Virus record (IMG/VR): IMGVR_UViG_3300031368_000015
Coordinates: 1 to 22,955 of that record
Origin: a virus
Length of the DNA: 22,955 bases
Reading direction: 5' to 3' (one strand)
Each line of letters begins with the position of its first letter. Within the stretch, counting starts at the first letter, position 1. This document shows, piece by piece, positions 1 to 8,855 of the stretch. The position numbers and the translations under genes were made by a program. A model generated the notes under the pieces. That model had not been told where the DNA came from and did no database searches. It worked only from the letters and a program-made list of their open reading frames with translations.

Positions 1-316
1 TGTTTCCGTCCTCATCCTCTACTGCTCCAAATGTCTTCGTTCCAAAAGCAGTTTTCACCGTTACCGGCTCTGCCACTTGTGTTACAGGTTTCGTAACTGC
101 CCCTGCGGCGGCCGCTGCTGCTGCTGCTGCGTCTCCTCCTTTAGGTACTATTTTCTTAGGTTCTTGACCAGCTATTTGTGCCGGCGCCCCTGGCGCTGCT
201 GCGCCTGCTCCTGTTCCTTTTCCTTTGGTAATCTCCGCTAGTGCGTCCGCACTCAAGACACCACCTGCCGCATTAGCTGCCTGTGCGCCATCTGCGGGTG
301 CTTTTCCGTCTGCCAT
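1..316 (-). CDS. Ala/Gly-rich protein, N-terminal part only (runs off the window edge); probable capsid scaffolding or head-assembly protein
   Basis: ATG at 316 reads open to base 1 (MADGKAPADGAQAANAAGGVLSADALAEITKGKG...AAAAAAAAGAVTKPV...). Missing from the ORF track because it has no stop in the window. Lies directly downstream of the portal and has its own copy of the phage promoter motif. The scaffold call rests on position and low complexity only. Confidence 0.6.
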   Translation of the reverse strand, partial: MADGKAPADGAQAANAAGGVLSADALAEITKGKGTGAGAAAPGAPAQIAGQEPKKIVPKGGDAAAAAAAAAGAVTKPVTQVAEPVTVKTAFGTKTFGAVEDEDGN

Positions 317-341
317 CTTAATTTAATTTTATCACGTTGTT

Positions 342-359
342 CTTATTTAGAATCATTCT
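342..359 (-). promoter_or_regulatory. Phage-specific motif AGAATGATTCTAAATAAG (putative phage promoter), copy 1
   Basis: The reverse complement matches the copies at 8577, 19664, 20681 and 20858. It lies 26 nt upstream of the ATG at 316. Confidence 0.6.
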
Positions 360-397
360 AAGCAAATGTACATATAGTTTTAATACTTACCAAAAAA

Positions 398-2605
398 TTA
401 TTTAGTGCCGGCTCCAGGTTTAATTGCAGAGGAAATAATTTTCGTAGCCCGATCCTTATCTTTCTGCGAATCTTCTCTAGCCTCATCTCGTAATTTCTCT
501 CCGTATAAAACTTGACCAGTTTCTTCCTGTGCCTGAGCCTGTGCCTGAGCCTGATCTTCTCCAACTTGTGACTGCTTACGTTTAAGTTCAGCAAGTCTGC
601 GGTGAAATGATCTGAGCACCGCTAAGGCTTCTTCATCAGTAGCCCTGCCTGTAAGAGTTGCAGCAGTCTCTCCATCAATCAAACCATATTGTAACCATGA
701 TATCGTTCTTTGATCTACATATACACGCTCACTATCTGGATCAATGGTACGAACAAGACTAGTTCGGAACTGCTCATGTCTCATATCTTTAGAAATTTTT
801 AAGACTTCTGCAGATTCTTCACCTACTGCATCAACAAGTTCAGTATCCATATCTATATAATATCTCTTTCCGGATGTAGCTATATTCTGATAGCATCCAT
901 TGAATACCGAATTAATGGCCGCGTAAAATGGTTCCTGCATAATAGACCCTCTCTGGATGGCCAATTGCATAACCCCGACCAATTGATCCGGATTCTGCTG
1001 CCCCTTCAATCCCTCATTCACCCCACTAATCTGTTCAATACCAAGACGGAAGTTTTCAATCAATTCTGAGAAAACCAGGGTAGTTTCTTTAACTCCGGCA
1101 TCATAACGCCCTACAGCATTATTAACACCGCGGGCTCTTCCACGAATACCTATTGGCTCAGATCTCTTCATTTTTCCAGCAACTTCGTCTTCAGTTCCTT
1201 CATCAAATAAATCCATATCAAACACAACTCCAGCTCCGCCAGCATTATTAATCTGATTCTCCATAACCGACATAAACCGGTTAATCATTCTTTGTGGATT
1301 GATAACCACATCAATTGGAGCCATGGTCTCCCCATCCATATACGCCCATGTACCACACTTGTACGGGGGTTTCATATTGGTTGGCATATAAAGATCAGGT
1401 TCTTGATAAGGGATAATACCGAAATCCAAAACAACACTCTCAACAGCCTTGGATGGATTATATTTTGAAGCGGAAAGAATCTCATATGGAATAAATCGAC
1501 AGAATCTCCACAAGTCAACCTGCAGATTCCTGGTAGATCTCCCGCGCAATACTTTCTTTTGGTATGATGTTAGATCCTGAAGAGGAATCACATCCATTCT
1601 CGTATACCTTATATCCTCTTCTCCCTCATATACATAATTAAGTCTTTCCAATATTCTTTGCCCAAATTGATCCGTAACATACCCAAATGTATCCACAACC
1701 GTATCTCTCCAAGTTGCATTATATGTTGGTACCCTGTGACGAATATCAAAAGATTGTCCATTTGCCTGTGTACCTATAGTCTGGGATACATAATCCTCAA
1801 TAGCCTTCTTCTGGGGTAAAGATAATGCTTGATGACGCTCATAAATATCGGTAGCCAGGGAATAATCAAACTCAAAAAAATATTCAGAATCGGAAAGATC
1901 TTCTTCTATTGCTCCTCTGTCCCAACCAAACCTATCTACCGGAATTCTTTTGAATTGCCATTCTCCATTAAGCGGGTATGGATGAACAATGCCTATACCA
2001 CCAGTAGCGATATCAACAGCAAGTTGTTTCTTAAACCGGTCTAATCTAGAAGTCTTGGCTACATATCTTAGTAACCTATTCATCGCAACCACAAAGCTAT
2101 CCACATAATTATTCTCGAATCGCATGGCAATATCATCCTCATCCTTACCAGTTAGATACCCCTTCTTCTCCATTTCCTTCCCGAATTCCGGGAATAATTC
2201 AGCCGCGTAACCATACGCTTGTAACCGGGCCAGAGACTTATCCCGACGACTTTTTGCCATGGGCGATATGGCTTGGACCTTTACATCAAATGTCATCCGT
2301 TCTGCGTTTCCACGATATTGTTCTATCATGGGCTGGATGAAATTACGGGTTACTTTAATACGATTGCGATCCTGTCCAGATTCGTCTTTAAAAAATGCCT
2401 CAGTATCCTCTTTCATGATCCACTGCTTATTCTTGTAGAAATTCATGTTAGTTTGATACTTAGCTATGTGTTCGATCTGCTTTTGACGCAACCCTTCACC
2501 GATTACCCAACGAGCATACTCAACATGGTATTTCTCATCTTTCAGATCTTCTCGGATTTCAATCCGGTTTGGCTTATTTTGTTTTGTTTGAATTAATTGA
2601 AGCAT
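398..2605 (-). CDS. Portal protein (P22/crAss-like, large)
   Basis: 735 aa, two genes downstream of terL. Has portal-like segments (FYKNKQW near the N-terminus, QRMINRFMSVMENQIN, IEQISGVNEGLKGQ) and a Gln/Ala-rich coiled-coil C-terminus. Confidence 0.8.
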   Translation of the reverse strand: MLQLIQTKQNKPNRIEIREDLKDEKYHVEYARWVIGEGLRQKQIEHIAKYQTNMNFYKNKQWIMKEDTEAFFKDESGQDRNRIKVTRNFIQPMIEQYRGNAERMTFDVKVQAISPMAKSRRDKSLARLQAYGYAAELFPEFGKEMEKKGYLTGKDEDDIAMRFENNYVDSFVVAMNRLLRYVAKTSRLDRFKKQLAVDIATGGIGIVHPYPLNGEWQFKRIPVDRFGWDRGAIEEDLSDSEYFFEFDYSLATDIYERHQALSLPQKKAIEDYVSQTIGTQANGQSFDIRHRVPTYNATWRDTVVDTFGYVTDQFGQRILERLNYVYEGEEDIRYTRMDVIPLQDLTSYQKKVLRGRSTRNLQVDLWRFCRFIPYEILSASKYNPSKAVESVVLDFGIIPYQEPDLYMPTNMKPPYKCGTWAYMDGETMAPIDVVINPQRMINRFMSVMENQINNAGGAGVVFDMDLFDEGTEDEVAGKMKRSEPIGIRGRARGVNNAVGRYDAGVKETTLVFSELIENFRLGIEQISGVNEGLKGQQNPDQLVGVMQLAIQRGSIMQEPFYAAINSVFNGCYQNIATSGKRYYIDMDTELVDAVGEESAEVLKISKDMRHEQFRTSLVRTIDPDSERVYVDQRTISWLQYGLIDGETAATLTGRATDEEALAVLRSFHRRLAELKRKQSQVGEDQAQAQAQAQEETGQVLYGEKLRDEAREDSQKDKDRATKIISSAIKPGAGTK

Positions 2606-2627
2606 GGCTTATATATTATTATATCGT

Positions 2628-3188
2628 TTACTTTTCACTTGCGTTTTGATAATACTCTCTATCGAATCCTGTGCTATTTTCATCTTCTTCCTCACCCCTA
2701 TTGGATACTCCGAATCCCTCTTCCATCTTTGTAATCAAGCCCGGTAACTCTTGGGCTATCTTAGTAGTAGCATCAACAAATTTCTTTATATCATTGACAT
2801 CATCCTTATCCTTATACTTCTCAAGATCGCACAGATTTTCGTAATTATAGATAAGTTTCTCAATCATTGATCTGGCCTTCTCACGGATACCTGGCTCAAC
2901 CACAGACATACGATCTATAGCTAAAGCCCATTTCTCATCAAAATTAAGCTTCAGCAACTCAGCCTTCAAAGTTCTATCCGGCGTATAGTTTGCTCGTTTA
3001 AGCGCCTCTATAATCCTAGATTTGTTATCCTCAATAGAAAGGATCTCAGAAGTAGGATTTGCATACCACCAAATGGTAATCAACTGAATTGCCGTTAAAA
3101 GTTCAAATTCCTTAATTCGTTTCAGTTCCGGGTAGCGACTGCGATAATCTGCGGGCCTGACCTTGTACGGATCGAATATCTTCCTCAT
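2628..3188 (-). CDS. Hypothetical protein between terL and portal
   Basis: 186-aa ORF with normal composition and an acidic C-terminus, co-oriented within the packaging operon. Its start overlaps the end of terL. Confidence 0.75.
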   Translation of the reverse strand: MRKIFDPYKVRPADYRSRYPELKRIKEFELLTAIQLITIWWYANPTSEILSIEDNKSRIIEALKRANYTPDRTLKAELLKLNFDEKWALAIDRMSVVEPGIREKARSMIEKLIYNYENLCDLEKYKDKDDVNDIKKFVDATTKIAQELPGLITKMEEGFGVSNRGEEEDENSTGFDREYYQNASEK

Positions 3189-5433
3189 AGGTTAAATTAT
3201 TATAGTTTTCCTTCACTGCTATACGAGACAAATTCCAATTGGCATCGCGTACCGTTTTATATCTTATTCTAGTTTTGCTAATCTGACTGTTCTGTCTGAA
3301 AGTCTTCTTATGAGAACATGCCATACGAGCAATGTAGGCATATGTGATAGCATCCAAAGCATCATCATAGTGCATCAACTTATTTATCGGCCCCCAACTT
3401 TCTTTCCCAGTTGGTTTAATCTCGTATGCAAAGGTACTTAATTGATCGAAGAACACCGAAATATAAATATTGTTATGGTAAGTTCGGAATACTTCAGTCA
3501 TATATTCTATGACTGCATCGGATCGTAATCCCTTCTTATCCAAGCCTATATCTCTTGCACCCCCCTGAACTTTAGCCGGCAATTGAGTATTAAAAATGAG
3601 AGATCCAAGGAACCCTTTTAGCTCTTTATAATCAATATAGTTAGTTCCAATGTTCGCTTCTACTAATTCTGGTACACCTCTTTTTACTTGATTCTCTACA
3701 TCATAATATAATCCCAGCAACACTGTCTGCAAAAACACTTGCTTATGTTCATGAGATTTCCGGTAATTTAACAGGGCTGAACAAGTCTTGAGATGATCAT
3801 CCCATATAGCACTGGCTTGTTTTGAATGCCCAGACTCCGTAGCAATAGGGTCAGTTCCCTGCCAGTATCGATTTACCCAATGCTGTTCCGGGTGTTGGAA
3901 TATCCAAACTGTTCCCTTCCTATCCGGATCATCATCATCCAAAGCAGTAAACTTGGCATCTATGATACGATATGGAACGTCGCTCTCAGGCGGCATGGGA
4001 TCATCATAATCGTAGATTGGTTCGAAGTATCCAAGTGTTGGACGTGCTCGGGAACCGAGCGCCCTGCACCGCTCAAGACCACCTTCTATAATCTCCCGGG
4101 ATACCAACGTACTAGAATTACTCAGAAACATATCCTTGAAAGTAGATGGGTAATGCTGATGGAACTGGATCTTGGAAGTTTCCAAATCAATATCTCTTTC
4201 TGTCGCTCGGGCGCCGTAATACCAAGCCCGTTCTTTCAGGTAATCTTCTTTACTCAGTCTAGCATGCCAGCTAAAGAATAATGGTACAAAACCGCTTTCA
4301 AACTGCTTGGCTTCCCACAGACCTAGAATACGATACCATTCTTTTTCATAAGCTCCTTTACCTTTATCCATTTCACCGCCGGTTCCCCACATCCAGATCT
4401 GACGACGTAATACAAATTTACCAGTTACCGGATCATTCCAAAACATGGTAGGCCTTGCTTCGTTCAGCATTGGACCCAGGATACCAATGTTCCCAATCTC
4501 GTCAATGAGGGCCAGCTGAGGAGATCCCCCGTTGATTGCCGTTTTCTTAGGCGCTACGACGTCACATCTACTATTAGGATATCCTTTCTTTCCTTTACCG
4601 GGTTTATCTGATAACCAGAATCTCTGGCCACTATCGGACTTCACTGGTGGCTGCAGCCATCGGGGAAGGGCCCCAAACGGATATTTCAATTTATCAGTAA
4701 AGATCTCCTCAACTGTATCTTTATCCTCAGCAATAAATTTTATATAATAGTTATTGTGAATGAGCATCATCTTGAGTGCAACAATACCCATGGCAGAAGT
4801 AAATCCAATCTGTCGTCCTTTACCACCAATTATATTATAGCGGCAATCGAACAAATAGAAAATTACGGCATGGTGCTCCTTCGCAAAGTAACGCATGGTA
4901 CCGGTTGCAGCATCACCCTCCTTCAATTCTCCATACTTATTTGCAAAATATAAAGTACTTTCTTTTATCCGGTCCCGCTCTTGGTTTGCATATTCCCGTT
5001 TAGCGTCCGGATCTTTGTAATTGGTAATATTATCTTTCTCCTCCAGCCATCGAAATGCCTGGGCCTTGTACCGCTCGAATAAAGGATATTTGATTGCTTG
5101 AGGAAATGGACCATATACAATAGAATTGATCCAATTTATAAATTCATCACTATGATAAAGGTTACTTTCAGGAAGCCAGTCTTCCTTTGTAAGATTATCT
5201 TTAAACCTGGAGAATGTACCGGAATGTGCAAATGGGTTATTTTCCCAGCGCTTCATCTTCTTTTGTAGGATCTGCTGACCGGGAGATAGCTTTATAATTT
5301 CAGGACCATCTTTGATATACCCCTCCCTTCTCAACAGTTCTACTTGCTGTCGATTAAGAATACCTTTCTGATATTGCTTATGAAGGTATGCAAGATAGCG
5401 ATTTCTCGACGCCTCCGTGCCCGTAATAGCCAA
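3112..5433 (-). CDS. terL: Terminase large subunit
   Basis: Walker A-like GKGRQIGFTS, Walker B LALIDEIG, coupling motif WGTGG, and RNase H-like nuclease acidic motifs (QGTDPI, HYDDALDA). Adjacent to the portal gene. Confidence 0.9.
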   Translation of the reverse strand: MAITGTEASRNRYLAYLHKQYQKGILNRQQVELLRREGYIKDGPEIIKLSPGQQILQKKMKRWENNPFAHSGTFSRFKDNLTKEDWLPESNLYHSDEFINWINSIVYGPFPQAIKYPLFERYKAQAFRWLEEKDNITNYKDPDAKREYANQERDRIKESTLYFANKYGELKEGDAATGTMRYFAKEHHAVIFYLFDCRYNIIGGKGRQIGFTSAMGIVALKMMLIHNNYYIKFIAEDKDTVEEIFTDKLKYPFGALPRWLQPPVKSDSGQRFWLSDKPGKGKKGYPNSRCDVVAPKKTAINGGSPQLALIDEIGNIGILGPMLNEARPTMFWNDPVTGKFVLRRQIWMWGTGGEMDKGKGAYEKEWYRILGLWEAKQFESGFVPLFFSWHARLSKEDYLKERAWYYGARATERDIDLETSKIQFHQHYPSTFKDMFLSNSSTLVSREIIEGGLERCRALGSRARPTLGYFEPIYDYDDPMPPESDVPYRIIDAKFTALDDDDPDRKGTVWIFQHPEQHWVNRYWQGTDPIATESGHSKQASAIWDDHLKTCSALLNYRKSHEHKQVFLQTVLLGLYYDVENQVKRGVPELVEANIGTNYIDYKELKGFLGSLIFNTQLPAKVQGGARDIGLDKKGLRSDAVIEYMTEVFRTYHNNIYISVFFDQLSTFAYEIKPTGKESWGPINKLMHYDDALDAITYAYIARMACSHKKTFRQNSQISKTRIRYKTVRDANWNLSRIAVKENYNNLTYEEDIRSVQGQARRLSQSLPGTETN

Positions 5434-5436
5434 CGT

Positions 5437-5706
5437 TTACCTGATTATACCGCGTTCTTGCAGCCTCTGCAGTATCAACAGCTGGGCTTCCAAGAAGACG
5501 ACCTTAGATTTTAATTTGCCTACGTATTGGACAGCAGCTTGCACTGCATTGCGGTCACCTGGCGAATTATCTAATTTGGATAGCGCTTCCGGGAGGGTGG
5601 AGAATTCATTGGCTCCCACCTCATCTGCGGGAACGTTCCCCGCACAATAATCAACTATCTTATCCAGATAATCGAGTGGATCAATTTCCATTCCTACTTG
5701 CGCCAT
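5437..5706 (-). CDS. Hypothetical helical protein (possible terminase small subunit or packaging accessory)
   Basis: 89 aa, tightly packed (3 nt gaps) between the HNH gene and terL. The function is positional inference only. Confidence 0.65.
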   Translation of the reverse strand: MAQVGMEIDPLDYLDKIVDYCAGNVPADEVGANEFSTLPEALSKLDNSPGDRNAVQAAVQYVGKLKSKVVFLEAQLLILQRLQERGIIR

Positions 5707-5709
5707 CTG

Positions 5710-6423
5710 TTATTTAATTTTTATTAAATGTAAATATGTTGCTTTTATATGTTTTAAGTATTTATCATATCCGAGTGTGCCTTTTGCCGCGTTACACACA
5801 AAACAGCACGATACCGAATTATTGATTGTATATCCTTCACTATTATCTTTACGATCAATTCCATTATAGATGTATGATCCATTAGCCCCTGACGGGTGAC
5901 ATATATTTGATGGCGGTGACCCACAATAATGACAATTTCCCTTATGTAATATTAGGATTTGCTCGTCGGTTAACGCCTGTTCTAAATTTCTCTTTTTTGC
6001 ACTGTTTTTGTGCCAAAGCATAACACGGTTACGAGCAGCTATTCCTTCAGGAAGCGATTGCTGGTCTTTTTGCAAACAGCCACAACTTGTAGTTAATTCA
6101 GCAACTAAAGCTGAACCATTTATAACTTTCTCATTACCACAATCACATAAACATTTCCAGAATGATTTATTTTTATGCATGTGAGAAAACTCTATCACTG
6201 TAAGCCTATTAAACTTTCGACCCTTTAATTCAAGCCTATTCTTACCTTTGAGGTGTCCGCAACTTTTAGTGTGCCCGTTTCTTAAATTATATCCGGGTAT
6301 AACTTTCTCATTACCACAATCACATAAACATTTCCAATATGCGTCCTTATGCATGTGAGAAAACTCTATCACTGTAAGCTCACCGAACCTTTTTCCTGTC
6401 ATATCAATCCGTGGTCTACCCAT
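5710..6423 (-). CDS. HNH-type endonuclease with two tandem N-terminal Cys-rich repeats
   Basis: Two copies of G(K/R)xFxxLTVIEFSHMHK...WKCLCDCGNEKVI...SCG. The C-terminal CHYCG...GIDRKDNSEGYTINNSVSCCFVCNAAKG is a beta-beta-alpha metal nuclease motif. Confidence 0.85.
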   Translation of the reverse strand: MGRPRIDMTGKRFGELTVIEFSHMHKDAYWKCLCDCGNEKVIPGYNLRNGHTKSCGHLKGKNRLELKGRKFNRLTVIEFSHMHKNKSFWKCLCDCGNEKVINGSALVAELTTSCGCLQKDQQSLPEGIAARNRVMLWHKNSAKKRNLEQALTDEQILILHKGNCHYCGSPPSNICHPSGANGSYIYNGIDRKDNSEGYTINNSVSCCFVCNAAKGTLGYDKYLKHIKATYLHLIKIK

Positions 6424-6424
6424 C

Positions 6425-6820
6425 CTATTTACTTATATTATATTCTTTACGTATTCGATCACCATACTTCTCCATGAGATCTGTAGGACCCACGGTACTG
6501 AACGCCTCATCATGCTTAACCTTCTCGTCTGCCTTTTTTGCCTCATCCCTCACCTTTGCAGCATTTTCATAGTTTGCCCTCATTTCATCAGCGGCTCTAT
6601 CATCAGACCTATTATCTACAGACGGTGGATCTACAAGGGCAACACGGTCAGGTATAGGCGCATTTGACATGGCCTGTCTGGCCTGATCAGCGCAATCCAT
6701 ACCATAATTAACATATTGCTCTATTACATCAGTCCTAGTATCACCGCTCGTTTGATAAAATTTTAGTCGAGCAAGTGTCGTTTTGGACATCCGTAAAGAT
6801 ATCTTCTCTGTCGTTTCCAT
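6425..6820 (-). CDS. Ribbon-helix-helix (CopG/Arc/MetJ-like) DNA-binding protein
   Basis: Start reassigned to ATG 6820 (METTEKISLRMSKTTLARLKFYQTSGDTRTDVIEQYVNYG), which has an alternating beta-strand (ISLRM) followed by two helices. The ATG is 4 nt after a TACCTTTG -7 box, so the mRNA is probably leaderless. Confidence 0.7.
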   Translation of the reverse strand: METTEKISLRMSKTTLARLKFYQTSGDTRTDVIEQYVNYGMDCADQARQAMSNAPIPDRVALVDPPSVDNRSDDRAADEMRANYENAAKVRDEAKKADEKVKHDEAFSTVGPTDLMEKYGDRIRKEYNISK

Positions 6821-6824
6821 GGAA

Positions 6825-6856
6825 CAAAGGTACGAACAATAATCAAGACTACCAAA
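6825..6856 (-). promoter_or_regulatory. Bacteroidota-type housekeeping promoter for the packaging operon
   Basis: The minus strand reads TTTG-N20-TACCTTTG, matching the -33/-7 consensus TTTG...TAnnTTTG. Confidence 0.75.
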
Positions 6857-6858
6857 CC

Positions 6859-6936
6859 CGTCGGACAAGCGTCGGACAAGCGTCGGACAAGCATCCTGTA
6901 ACCCTCATGTTTACTCGTCGGACACTGTCGGACAAA
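6859..6936. repeat. Tandem 11-bp repeats CGTCGGACAAG x3 plus two further GTCGGACA cores
   Basis: Exact copies at 6859, 6870 and 6881; CGTCGGACAC at 6916 and TGTCGGACAAA at 6926. Confidence 0.9.
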
Positions 6937-7004
6937 ACTGAAACTCAACTGAACATCCCCGGTAATGGTCATACCACCCCATAAGGCAAATCCTAACCGC
7001 TCGT

Positions 7005-7055
7005 GATCAAAAGAAGACGGAGGAGCGTTAGCAAATCCGTCGTCTTCTTTTGATC
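7005..7055. repeat. Long inverted repeat/hairpin in the divergent intergenic region
   Basis: GATCAAAAGAAGACG (7005-7019) and CGTCTTCTTTTGATC (7041-7055) form a perfect 15-bp inverted repeat. Confidence 0.85.
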
Positions 7056-7166
7056 TTTCTGAGCTATATCTATTCTATCCTACTGGATTCAAACAGTATT
7101 CCGCATAGGCATACATACGCGCGCGCGAGGCCGGTTATAGAGAATGTACGATTTCTATCCATTTAG

Positions 7167-7197
7167 TTGCACATGTCATAAATTAATAATACCTTTG
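7167..7197 (+). promoter_or_regulatory. Bacteroidota-type promoter for the plus-strand block
   Basis: TTG-N20-TACCTTTG, 16 nt upstream of ATG 7214. Confidence 0.75.
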
Positions 7198-7213
7198 CCT
7201 ACAAATCCAAAAT

Positions 7214-8077
7214 ATGAATAAAGCACAATTCAATTTAGAGTTGTATCATAAGATGTATCAACTCTATAAAATTTCTGCTGAACAAGGTATCAAATTATAT
7301 GCAGAATCATTAAGTCATCATTTTGAAATTCCAGATCGTGTAGCTAGATACTATTTTTTTATGGTAGAAAATAATTATAATCAAACTACCCAATCTAATA
7401 AGATCCAGGGAGAAAATCGTTTGATTATCCCAGATCTTCATAGTCCATTTGTTAAAAAAGGATTTCTTGAACACTGCGTTCAGGCTTATCATGAATATCA
7501 ATGTACTAAAGTATCATTTTTAGGAGATATCCTAGATAATCATTTTAGTTCATTTTGGAAAACAGATCCAGATGGACTATCAGCAAAAGATGAAATAGAT
7601 TTGGCTATAGAAATTCTTCAACCTTGGTATTCGTCTTTTCCTGAAGCAGAAGTTTGCATTGGAAATCACGACGCCCGGATAAGACGTCAAGCATTTGATG
7701 CTGGCATATCTGAAAAATGGATTAAAAATTATTCTGATGTTATTGAAACTCCTGGATGGATATGGGATGATTATTTTGATCATTTTGATGTACGTTATAT
7801 CCATGGTGATGGACCAGGTGGTGCAACTAATGGAGCTTTCAATAGAATGCTTCATTGGAGAATATCAGTGGTACAAGGACATTTTCATACCAGTTCTTAT
7901 ACTCGATGGTCTGTTTCAGAAAAGGATAGATTATATGCTATGCAATGTGGATGTGGTATGGATTACAAAGTTTACGCTGCAGCATATGGTAAAAAATCTC
8001 AAAAGAAACCAGTAATTGAATGTGCCGTTATTTTAGATAATGGTAGAATCCCAATTCACCTCCCAATGTATTTATAA
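7214..8077 (+). CDS. Calcineurin-like metallophosphoesterase (lambda NinI-like family)
   Basis: All five motifs are present: DLH, GDxxD, GNHD, HG and GHFH. Confidence 0.9.
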   Translation: MNKAQFNLELYHKMYQLYKISAEQGIKLYAESLSHHFEIPDRVARYYFFMVENNYNQTTQSNKIQGENRLIIPDLHSPFVKKGFLEHCVQAYHEYQCTKVSFLGDILDNHFSSFWKTDPDGLSAKDEIDLAIEILQPWYSSFPEAEVCIGNHDARIRRQAFDAGISEKWIKNYSDVIETPGWIWDDYFDHFDVRYIHGDGPGGATNGAFNRMLHWRISVVQGHFHTSSYTRWSVSEKDRLYAMQCGCGMDYKVYAAAYGKKSQKKPVIECAVILDNGRIPIHLPMYL

Positions 8078-8087
8078 TCAGACAGTT

Positions 8088-8588
8088 ATGAGTAACGTTA
8101 ATAAAGCTATAAAGATGGCGGCGGAGAAGGGATTTTCTATTGATAAAGAAGGAAATGTATTCCGTCATGGTAGTCCAATAAAGCCCTGTTTTCATAAAGG
8201 TTATAAGCACTTTAGTGTAGTCATTAGTCCAAACAAACAGATCAGTGTTCCCTTTCATCGATTTCAGGGATATCATAAATTTGGATTAAAGATATTTAAA
8301 CCTGAGATAGCTGTACGTCATCTTAATGGGGATAGAACTGATAACTCATGGAATAACATGGGTATAGGTACACACCTAGACAACATGAGGGATATTCCTA
8401 AAGAGGCTAGGTTACAGGTTGCTACAAATGCATCCCATACCAGATGGCCAAATCAACCAGATGCAGCAGCTATGCTACTAGATAAAGAAAATGGGATGCA
8501 TTGGAAAGACATAGCCAAAAAATACGGTACCAGCAGATCAAATACACATCGTTTATTGGTGAAGCAGCGTAATTTAAAATCATTCTAA
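8088..8588 (+). CDS. HNH homing-endonuclease-like protein with C-terminal HTH
   Basis: VRHLNGDRTDNSWNNMGIGTHLDN is an HNH motif, and the C-terminal WKDIAKKYGTSRSNTHRL is an HTH. Start moved to ATG 8088 to avoid a 38-nt overlap. Confidence 0.85.
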   Translation: MSNVNKAIKMAAEKGFSIDKEGNVFRHGSPIKPCFHKGYKHFSVVISPNKQISVPFHRFQGYHKFGLKIFKPEIAVRHLNGDRTDNSWNNMGIGTHLDNMRDIPKEARLQVATNASHTRWPNQPDAAAMLLDKENGMHWKDIAKKYGTSRSNTHRLLVKQRNLKSF

Positions 8589-8593
8589 ATAAG
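8577..8593 (+). promoter_or_regulatory. Phage-specific motif copy 2 (AAATCATTCTAAATAAG), likely tmRNA promoter
   Basis: Near-identical to the other four copies and directly upstream of the tmRNA acceptor piece. Confidence 0.55.
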
Positions 8594-8599
8594 TATTGG

Positions 8600-8699
8600 G
8601 TATTGCAATATCCAATATTTTATTGTAGCTTTACAGAAGTTCTTTGAGATCGATATTTCGAAACATGTTTGGACCGGGGTTCGTTGCCCCGCATCTCCA
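8600..8699 (+). ncRNA. ssrA: tmRNA acceptor piece (3' part of a permuted two-piece tmRNA); 5' end approximate
   Basis: CATGTTTG-GAC-CGGGG-TTCGTTG-CCCCG-CATCTCC-A gives the H2a 3' strand, the GAC linker, a 5-bp T-stem with 7-nt loop, the acceptor 3' strand and discriminator A. CCA is not fully encoded. Confidence 0.85.
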
Positions 8700-8724
8700 C
8701 AAAAAGTCCAACCGGTAGCCAAAA

Positions 8725-8855
8725 GGGGTGAGGATAAGATCACACACCCGGGCGTTTATTCGGCTCTGGCCTTGGGGGATAATACGACGCCGTGCAAAAA
8801 TGTCTATGCTGAGGAGCATGAAGATATACCGCCGGAAGATTCGTATTTTCCCCCC
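8725..8855 (+). ncRNA. Structured RNA domain inside the tmRNA intervening segment (function unknown)
   Basis: Closing stem GGGG-T-GAGGATA / TATTTTC-C-CCCC plus GATC/GATT. It encloses hairpins at 8751-8791 (GGCGT/ACGCC, TTATTC/GGATAA) and 8801-8826 (TGTCT/AGATA, ATGCT/AGCAT). Several G.U pairs. Confidence 0.5.

Noticed and set aside
3826-4953. Antisense ORFs inside terL (3826-4281, 4532-4747, 4756-4953) and other shadow ORFs inside the portal, phosphoesterase and HAD genes
   Set aside because: They are fully nested opposite or out of frame to well-supported genes and show no motifs.
3112-5433. Intein or intron in terL
   Set aside because: The extra length is in the N-terminal region. No C/S...HN splice motifs or LAGLIDADG blocks were seen, and the ORF is uninterrupted.
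8809-8840. Hammerhead ribozyme (CUGAGGA core) in the tmRNA intervening segment
   Set aside because: No GAAA after a stem II, and CUGAGGA sits within a competing ATGCT/AGCAT hairpin.
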